In this document: positions 17,348-25,100 of the stretch, one piece after another
Layout of the letters: every line of letters starts with the position of its first letter
Numbering within the stretch: position 1 is the stretch's first letter
Source: Candidatus Woesearchaeota archaeon
GTDB lineage: Archaea > Nanobdellota > Nanobdellia > Pacearchaeales > GW2011-AR1
Direction of reading: 5' to 3'
Assembly: GCA_964530955.1 (NCBI GenBank)
Contig: CAZHCL010000012.1
Location: forward strand, 1-29,078
Length of the DNA: 29,078 nucleotides
Made by a program: the position numbers and the translations under genes
Notes under the pieces: generated by a model
The model's input: only the letters and a program-made list of their open reading frames with translations
What the model was told of the DNA's origin: nothing
Databases searched by the model: none

Positions 17348-17392
17348 TTGTATTTAAATCTTTTGGATAGCCTAACTAACTATTTAGTAAAC

Positions 17393-18144
17393 TCAATTAT
17401 TCAGAGTTAAGCTTATTGGGCAATGGTCGGAGCCGAAATAATTTTTCAATATCTTAGATTCGCTGAGCTTGTTTTTTAAACTTGCACTTACAATAAGGTA
17501 ATCTATTCTCCATCCGATATTTCTTTCTCTTGCATTGTTCATATATGGCCACCAAGTGTAATTTTCTCCTTCTTTTTCAAATTCTCTAAATGTATCAATA
17601 AACCCTTCTTTAGTAAATTGTCAAATCATTCTCTTTCTTGTGGGGTGAAACTTGCATTACTCATATTTGATTTAGGGTTTTTCAAGTCAATTTCTTTGTG
17701 GGCGACATTGAAATCTGATGCAATTATTATTGGTTTTGTTTTTTCTAATTTTTTACAAAAGTCTAGAAAGTTTTTGTTAAACTTCAATTTAAAATCTAAT
17801 CTCTTTAATTCTCTGTGAGAATGAGGAAAATATACATTAATAACAAATAAATCTTCAAATTCCAATCCTATTATCCTTCCCTCATCATCGAACTCTTTAA
17901 TTCCTATGCCTTCGATAACGTTAATAGGTCTAATTTTAGAATATATTGAAACTCCACTATAACCTTTCTTTTTAGCGAATGAATGAAATGAATAATATTC
18001 TTCAAAAATCTTAGGAATATTCTCTTTTTGGGATTTGACTTCCTGAAAGCAATAAATGTCTGCGCATTCTTTTTTTAATAATTCAATAGCTCCTTTATTA
18101 GTGCATGCATTAATACCATTAACATTCCATGAGATTATTTTCAT
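17393..18144 (-). pseudogene. xth: Exodeoxyribonuclease III / AP endonuclease pseudogene
   Basis: SWNVNG, QEVK, KKGYSGV, D.EGR and DFNVAH, then TGA at 17626-17628 (expected TGG) and a 1-nt deletion in an A run (17609-17611). The shifted frame resumes GFIDTFR...YTWWPY...GWRIDY...GSDHCP. Repaired length is 250 aa. Confidence 0.92.
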
Positions 18145-18245
18145 AACTAAATTAGATTCATTATGGATAAAAAGATATCCTTTTTAAATAAAGCTCATTT
18201 CTTTTGCTAAAATAATAAATAGGTTATTTACTTTGATGTTGAGTT

Positions 18246-18743
18246 TTATCTTACCCAGTTTGTTGCAATATTTTCATCGTAATATTTGCAGTCTACAGCT
18301 ATGTTATATTTAAAAAAATACTGATGGCTAATGGTTTGATTTATACATGTTCCGTTGGAACATATTGTAGCATTGTATTCATCTTTTTCGTTAACCTTCA
18401 CTATTTTGAACTCTCCAGTTTTGGGATAGGTAGTATTTGTATATTTAATCTTTAGAAAAGATTCTACATCTGATATAGGCGTGCTTTGATTGTTTTTAAA
18501 GTTCTCTTGCGAAAGAGGAGTCACGCTGCTTAACGCGTAACATTGTGTACGAATTCCTACACACTGATTAACTCCCCAAAGGAAACTTCCTTTTGTTAGA
18601 CCTATACAATCACAAGCGGGAACACCTCCAGACCAGGTATGTCCTCCGCAATAAGGATATTTTAATGGAAGATAAAATAAAATTGCATAAATTAAAATCA
18701 AGCCGATGACTATTCCTCCAGTTATATAAAAAGACTTTTTCAT
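18246..18743 (-). CDS. Membrane-anchored Cys-rich extracellular protein
   Basis: N-terminal TM helix, 8 Cys and 5 N-x-S/T sequons. Confidence 0.8.
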   Translation of the reverse strand: MKKSFYITGGIVIGLILIYAILFYLPLKYPYCGGHTWSGGVPACDCIGLTKGSFLWGVNQCVGIRTQCYALSSVTPLSQENFKNNQSTPISDVESFLKIKYTNTTYPKTGEFKIVKVNEKDEYNATICSNGTCINQTISHQYFFKYNIAVDCKYYDENIATNWVR

Positions 18744-18788
18744 GTCTCGGTGATGTTCTTATTCTTAATAAACATATTCTTATGTAAA

Positions 18789-18879
18789 AGCCTCTAGGGG
18801 GGATTGAACCCCCGACCCTTGGTTAGTTTGGGTTTTTAGACCGTACAAAACCAATGCTCTACCACTGAGCTATAGAGGC
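18789..18879 (-). tRNA. tRNA-Thr(TGT) with a 19-nt intron at 37/38 (18825-18843)
   Basis: Acceptor GCCTCTA/TAGAGGC, anticodon stem TTGGT/ACCAA, T arm GGGGG-TTCAATC-CCCCC. The intron CGGTCTAAAAACCCAAACT forms a strict BHB: exon TTTG pairs with intron CAAA, with 3-nt bulges TAC and CTA. Confidence 0.93.
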
Positions 18880-18966
18880 ATGCAAATATTATTGGGCTTT
18901 GGTTTTTAAACATTACAGTTAGCGAAAAAGCTTATATAGCCTTAATTATTTGCCCTTAAATCAGCA

Positions 18967-19037
18967 GGCCCCATAGGCTAATGGTAGACCGGATCTTTGA
19001 CGTGGATCATGCCCAAGTTCGATCCTTGGTGGGGCCA
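18967..19037 (+). tRNA. tRNA-Val(GAC)
   Basis: Acceptor GGCCCCA/TGGGGCC plus A73, anticodon arm GATCT-TTGACGT-GGATC, T arm CCAAG-TTCGATC-CTTGG. TATA-like CTTATATA lies about 25-35 nt upstream. Confidence 0.85.
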
Positions 19038-19068
19038 TTTTCTTTCAAATTGTTATTTTCTATTCGAC

Positions 19069-19084
19069 AAAAAGGTTTATATAT
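19069..19084 (+). promoter_or_regulatory. BRE/TATA promoter AAAAAGGTTTATATAT (copy 1)
   Basis: Purine-rich BRE followed by TTTATATA, upstream of the 19128 gene. The same 16-mer occurs at 20245-20260. Confidence 0.7.
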
Positions 19085-19127
19085 GAGTCTAACATATATA
19101 TTGTATTGCTATGGTCGTTTAGATACG

Positions 19128-19658
19128 ATGAAAAATACAAACGGTGTGGTATTCGCATTGGTTGTTTCTATTATAGTTGTTAGTGTGCTTTTCTATTCTG
19201 TAGGTGCTTCAAATGAGAATGATACGATGATTGTTGAAGCCAATGTTTTTGCTAACTCTTCTTTGGGAGGGTCTAATTTATCTATTGTTAGTGTGCAGGT
19301 TCCTGATTATCTTTTCTTTGGCAATTTGACAAAGGGGCAGAAGTCTGATGAATTCCAAGTTTATATTAATAATACTGGAAATGTGGACATAAATGTCAAA
19401 CCTCAACTTACTAATGCAACTGAAGATATATTTTCATATCTTTTCTTCAGGAGGTTTAAGACAAGTAATGGAACAGCTGTTCCATTTACAAGAATAGGTA
19501 ATTTCAGCCTTAATATCACCAAGCCTGCTTCTGGTGATACTTATAATGATGAATACTTTTACGTGACTCTTGACCTTACAAATTATACCAAACAGATAAA
19601 CAAAGATATGGTGGGACACAAAGCTAATGTCAAATTCATTGCGGTTGCAAGGTATTAA
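19128..19658 (+). CDS. Secreted beta-rich surface glycoprotein (176 aa)
   Basis: Signal peptide MKNTNGVVFALVVSIIVVSVLFYSVGA, 10 N-x-S/T sequons and FGNL..G / INNTGNVDINV beta motifs. The ORF-track start at 18981 lies inside tRNA-Val and is rejected. Confidence 0.85.
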   Translation: MKNTNGVVFALVVSIIVVSVLFYSVGASNENDTMIVEANVFANSSLGGSNLSIVSVQVPDYLFFGNLTKGQKSDEFQVYINNTGNVDINVKPQLTNATEDIFSYLFFRRFKTSNGTAVPFTRIGNFSLNITKPASGDTYNDEYFYVTLDLTNYTKQINKDMVGHKANVKFIAVARY

Positions 19659-20226
19659 TTCGCTTAAATTTTATTTCTTTCTAGCTTTATTTGTAATTGT
19701 TTGCTCCGAGTTTGCTTCTTCCTTAGATGTTGGAGTCTCTCCTTCCTCAGTTGATTTTTCAGCAGTTGAAGGTGAGCAGGATTGTGAGGAAATTAACGTT
19801 TTTTCTTCTAGACTTGGCCTTTACCTGGAGCTATATGATAAATGGAATCCTAAATCGGACAATAGTAGAGATATTGAAAAATATGTTATTAATGCTTATG
19901 CTCTTAATATTTCTCTAGACTACCAGAAAAATATCAGAGTTGGGAGAAATGCTACTATTAATGTATGTTTTAGGGCTACAAAAGCAGGAAGATATAATGG
20001 TTTGTTGATAGTTGATGTGGTCAATGGAAGTGCTTCTCTGGGGGTGTGGCTCAATGCAGAGTCAAAATCTTCTACCAACAAGGGAATTACTTCATTTGCA
20101 ATTAAAGAAGTTCCAGCAGGAGTTTTACCTATTCTGCTTTTTAATTTACTTCTTTTTGGGCTTCTTTTACTACTCTTAATAAGGATGAAAAAACAAGCTC
20201 TGAGAGAGAAAAGTAGAGAGTTATAG
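19627..20226 (+). CDS. Membrane-anchored Ig-like surface protein
   Basis: Signal peptide, then GVSPSSVDF...G.YNGLLIV Ig-like pattern, then a C-terminal Leu-rich TM helix and a basic tail. Start codon uncertain (overlaps the upstream gene). Confidence 0.8.
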   Translation: MSNSLRLQGINSLKFYFFLALFVIVCSEFASSLDVGVSPSSVDFSAVEGEQDCEEINVFSSRLGLYLELYDKWNPKSDNSRDIEKYVINAYALNISLDYQKNIRVGRNATINVCFRATKAGRYNGLLIVDVVNGSASLGVWLNAESKSSTNKGITSFAIKEVPAGVLPILLFNLLLFGLLLLLLIRMKKQALREKSREL

Positions 20227-20244
20227 AATTATATTCTCTATTCA

Positions 20245-20260
20245 AAAAAGGTTTATATAT
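20245..20260 (+). promoter_or_regulatory. BRE/TATA promoter AAAAAGGTTTATATAT (copy 2)
   Basis: Ends 20 nt before the ATG at 20281, consistent with a near-leaderless transcript. Confidence 0.75.
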
Positions 20261-20280
20261 TCGGTTTTATTGCTTAAATA

Positions 20281-22131
20281 ATGCTTAACATGGAGGGAAA
20301 AAGAGGCCAATTAGCTCTTATTGTTATTGTTGCAATAGTGATAGTTGCAGCCGTTGTTATTTATTTTGTTTCTACTTCAAATGTTGCAAGTTCTTCTGTT
20401 CCTGCTGAATTAGCTCCAGTTTACAATTATTATCTTTCGTGCATTCAAGAGCAGGCTCAACAGGCTATAGATATTGCTGGAAGTCAGGGAGGGCACATTT
20501 ATGTAAACAGCTATTCTCCTGCAAGCGATTATTCTCCATTTTCAAGTCAGCTTAATTTTCTTGGGCTCCCCATACCTTACTGGTATTATATCACAGGCAA
20601 TGGACTTGCAAAAGAACAGGTTCCAAGCAAGACGGATATCCAGAATGATATTTCAAGATATATATCTGAAGGAATCGGTAAATGTGATTTTGAACAGTTT
20701 TATTCACAGGGATTTTCTATTTCTTTTACTAAACCTACGGTTACAACGAGTATTAGTGATGGTTCCGTAAGTGTTGATGTAATTTCAAATGTTAATGTTA
20801 CAAAAGGAACAAGTTCTGCGATAAAGAGCGAACATAAAATCGCTATAACAAGCAAACTTGGAAAGTTTTACAATATTGCATTGCAGATTTATAATAAGGA
20901 AAAGAGCGATTCTTTTCTTGAGAATTATAGTGTCGATGTTCTGAGGCTGTATGCTCCTGTTGATGGAGTTGAAATAGGATGTTCTCCTAAAATATGGAAG
21001 ACTCCTGATGTTATTAGCGCATTGAAACAAGGTTTAGTTAATAATATTGCAGCTATAAAATTCCAGAGTAGCAGTCTTTTAGGAGGGAATGCAAGCAACA
21101 AATATTTTGATGTTAATCTTCCCGTTAATGAGAATGTCAATCTTCTTTATTCTCAGAGCTGGCCTACTAAGATAGATATTTCTGGAAATGGGGTTGATAA
21201 TTCATTAATGGTTGCTGATACTGTTGGAACTCAGCCAGGTCTTGGAGTTTTAGGTTTCTGTTATGCGCCTTATCACTTCGTGTATGATATAAGCTATCCT
21301 GTTCTTGTGCAGGTTTACAACGATCAGGAAATTTTCCAGTTCCCAGTTGGAGTTGTAATCAGCAAGAATCTTCCAAGGCAGGGAATTCCTTCTGAAATAG
21401 ACGGAAATCAGAGCGTTGATTTATGCGCTTTCAAAACTCAGGATGTATCAGTTAATGTTTATGATGCGCAGTTAAAACCTGTCAATGCTGAAATAAGTTA
21501 CGGATGCTTTGACCAGAAATGTCATTTAGGAAAGACTGTTAATGGAGTTTTCAGTGGAAAGGCTCCTGCATGCGTTAATGGATATATTTATGCAGATGCA
21601 GATAATTATACTGAAGTCAAGCAGATATTTTCAAGCAATAATGAAAGTTCTGCGAATATGGTTCTTGACAAAGAGTATAATGATTTAATTAATGTCAATG
21701 TTGGTGGGCAACCACTTGATGGACAAGCAATTGTTTTGTTTACTGGGCAAAAAACTGCAAGTGCTACATTGCCTACAACTAATAATGTTCAGCTTTCTGA
21801 AGGATTATACAATATAAGTGTATATATTTATGGAAATTCAAGTTTGACTATTCCGGCAAGCACTAAAACGCAATGCGTTCAGGCTGCTCAATCAGGCATA
21901 GCAGGATTGTTTGGCGCAACAAAAGAACAATGCTATGATGTTACTTTACCTGCAACTAATATAACCTATGCACTTATAGGTGGAGGACAGTCAGAAGCAT
22001 ATATTCTTGAAAGTGATTTACAAAAAGGAAATATCACTTTGAATGTAGATAAGTTTAAAGTTCCTGCAACACTGGAAGATTTGCAATTTAATTATGAATC
22101 ATTTGACCAATCGGGAGTGGTCGTAAATTAA
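20281..22131 (+). CDS. Large class III signal peptide (type IV pilin-like N-terminus) protein, 616 aa
   Basis: KRG/QLALIVIVAIVIVAAVVIYF: basic residues, Gly at -1, then a hydrophobic helix, followed by a Cys-containing beta-rich extracellular region. Confidence 0.85.
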   Translation: MLNMEGKRGQLALIVIVAIVIVAAVVIYFVSTSNVASSSVPAELAPVYNYYLSCIQEQAQQAIDIAGSQGGHIYVNSYSPASDYSPFSSQLNFLGLPIPYWYYITGNGLAKEQVPSKTDIQNDISRYISEGIGKCDFEQFYSQGFSISFTKPTVTTSISDGSVSVDVISNVNVTKGTSSAIKSEHKIAITSKLGKFYNIALQIYNKEKSDSFLENYSVDVLRLYAPVDGVEIGCSPKIWKTPDVISALKQGLVNNIAAIKFQSSSLLGGNASNKYFDVNLPVNENVNLLYSQSWPTKIDISGNGVDNSLMVADTVGTQPGLGVLGFCYAPYHFVYDISYPVLVQVYNDQEIFQFPVGVVISKNLPRQGIPSEIDGNQSVDLCAFKTQDVSVNVYDAQLKPVNAEISYGCFDQKCHLGKTVNGVFSGKAPACVNGYIYADADNYTEVKQIFSSNNESSANMVLDKEYNDLINVNVGGQPLDGQAIVLFTGQKTASATLPTTNNVQLSEGLYNISVYIYGNSSLTIPASTKTQCVQAAQSGIAGLFGATKEQCYDVTLPATNITYALIGGGQSEAYILESDLQKGNITLNVDKFKVPATLEDLQFNYESFDQSGVVVN

Positions 22132-22132
22132 A

Positions 22133-25100
22133 ATGAAACAAACAAGAAAATTATTTGGGATGTTGCTTCTTTTTTTGGCTGGAGCTGTTTTATTTACTAG
22201 CAATGTATTGAGTGATACTAGCTTTTCAGGAGTAAGTTATGGGACGAATTATGTTAATCCTGCTGGATATCAGACTGCCTATCAGACCTATTATTCTCCA
22301 CAGGATATAAGTAATTATTGGCCAATTCTTGATCAACAGAATAATTGTCAGGCGAGACAGGATTTGATACTTCAGGTTCCTCCAGGGGGATGCCAGCCAA
22401 GTGTTGTTACGAGTGATTTGCTTCAGAGTCAAAATGTTCCTGTCTTCTGCCAGATTGATGCTTTGAAATTAAATCCTTTAATTGATATAAGCTCGATAAA
22501 TTCTATAAGTTTCACTCAGAAATATCCTGCAGGAGTTTCTGGAATAGGATTTCATCCTGCAAATGCAGCTCTTAGAACTGGGGACGCATTACTTGGTAGT
22601 CCCGTATTGAATAATATTGGATATGCTGTTGTCATATTGAAGCAAAATCCAAATCAGAGTTCCATGCCTTCCCTTATTGTGGCCAATCTTACTGGTTCGA
22701 TAACTTATGATGCTGGAAATGCTCTCGGAATAGGAAGTGCTGATTTTATTTTGAGCCCTATGGATGATCAGACATGGGCATCCCAGAAAAGCAGACAGAG
22801 TTTCTGGCAGGGTAGATATTATGTAAGACTTGATAGTGCAGATCCTCAAAATGCTCAGGTTTCAATTTATCAGGGCGATAATAAAATTACTTCAACAAAA
22901 GTTACTGCTGGAAAGACTTCTTCTCAGATATATCTTCCAGGATTTTATTGTCAGGCGAGTCTACAGGTAGAATATGATGGATTCACTACTGCTGAAAATA
23001 AGGCAAGACTTGAAATTGATGGAGACACCCTAGATGTTTATGCTGGAAGTAATATTTTGAATGGAAAATGCAGAGTAGATAGCATAACTATCGACAATGG
23101 ATTGTCAATTGGTAGTCAGGTTACTTATAATCCTGCAAGTGGAATAATCAAGGCAACAGTAACCAATGTTAATTCTGATGGGACTTACAATATTATTGAC
23201 TCAAATAGGAAATCTTATTTGAATGTTAAAATATCTCAATTAAATTCAGACTCGGCAATAAATGGTTTTGGAAATGTATCAATAAGCTGTGGTTTTTCCA
23301 ATAAAATAAGTTTGAGTAGAGAGCCACTAAAATCTAGCTCTGCTAATTCACAGCAGCCAAGTTTTGCAACATATATTTTAAGTAACTATTACTTTAGATA
23401 TAATACTGTCTATAGTTTTTGGGAATGGTCTAATGATCAGGTGAACTGGAATTCTGTGAGTTCTGAAACTATTTCTGTTCCTTCTACTATTAATAATGTT
23501 GTTTCTCAGTTGCAGTCCACTGATGGAGTAACTGGGGGCACCGCAGTAGTTAAAGCTGGAGGAAAGTTAGTTACTACAAAACAAACTCTTCAGGATAAAG
23601 TTCAAAGCGATGTCAATGCTGAAAATGCAGTTAATGATGCAATAAAATCCTATCAGGCAATTGCTGATCAGTATCCTCAGGAAAAGCAAAGTGCAGACCT
23701 TGCTTCTACAATTCCTACCTACGGAGAAACGGCATTAGGTGCTGCGGTTGATTTGGCTGATAAGTATCAAAAGTTTGCGACTGAGGCAAGTTTGATAAAC
23801 AAATTTATTCAGTTATATCCTAATTCTGCTTTAATAAATTCTTACAATTTAAGGTTGCAAGGATTTTACAGTGTTGATTCGAGTCAGGCGAGTAATCTCG
23901 TTTATATTGACAATAAATACCGAAGTATTAAGCTGGTTGATTTGGAATCTCCTGCTAAAAAGGCAGGAGCTTACTTGGTTATAGGAAATAATCCTAATTC
24001 GGTATTGCTTGAAAAGGGAAATTCTCTTGATTTGTCTGCTTCTGCTGCAAGTGCGGGAAAGGCAGCTATTCCTGCTGGAACAATAACTCTTACTTCATTA
24101 ACTGCAGATACTGCTGTAATCAGTGCTGTTTGCGCGCAGACTGTTAATGCACAGAAAGTACAATCTGGAGGTTCTGCTTCAACATATACTTTCAGGCTTG
24201 GGCAAACTCAAGCACCAGGTCAACAAGTCCAGACAACTCAGACTATTTGCGGGCAGCCTATAAAGTTAGATAGAATTGATATGGAACAACTTGCAATAAT
24301 CAAGCTTTTGCCGAATGCGAATAATGTTCAAAGTCAGGTTAATGTTTCAATTGGAATAGGAATTGAAAAAAGTGCTATTCAGTTAAGTCCTGATAAGACA
24401 AAAGAAATGATAGCAACTATTAATCAGAGCATACAAAAATGGCAGAGCATAAATAATAATATAGGAAATTTAGTTTCTGGACTTAAGGCTGCTTGCTTCG
24501 CTACTTCTGCAGTGCTTACTGCAAAGAGTTTCATCAATGGAGTGAATGGTGAAGGAATTGCGAGGCAGATGGTGATGACTGGGGATAATGGATGGAATGT
24601 TAAATGTCAACAGATGGTTGCTGCTGGTCAGTATAAAAGCGTAAATGAATGCTACAGCTCAAACAGTGCTAATATAGATTCTGATGTTGCTGTTAGGACT
24701 GCCGCTATAAATAAGATAAATACTGATATGGAACAGATAGGCAGTTGCAAAGCTCAAAACACTGGAGTATTAAATTCATTATTCGGCTCTGCAAATATGA
24801 TTGACAGAAATAAATGTGCAACAGATTATTATAATTATGTCAAATCTACCTATGGAGGTAACACTGTTAATCTTGCTGGAGCTAAAATTTCTCCAGGAGA
24901 TATAATATATTATCAAGGACAGAAAATAACTGTAAGTTCTGCAAATGTTAATCCTGACGGAACTTATAATATAGTTGGTTCAGATAAAAAAGCATATTCA
25001 AATGTTAAAGGAAGCGATTTGACTACAACCGTTAATGATATGCTAACTTTCAAGCAGGGAGCAGACTATAACTCTGGTGCTTACACTCTGGATGAATTAA

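Noticed and set aside
17626-17628. TGA recoded as Trp (alternative genetic code) in xth
   Set aside because: TGA terminates udg, nop10 and the MNT gene normally, TGG is used for Trp throughout, and an adjacent frameshift shows the gene is broken anyway.
18165-18180. GGATA-N6-TATCC inverted repeat upstream of xth
   Set aside because: A 5-bp arm is expected by chance in AT-rich DNA and no cognate regulator is linked.
18981-19127. ORF-track extension of the secreted protein
   Set aside because: Runs through tRNA-Val; the signal peptide begins at 19128.
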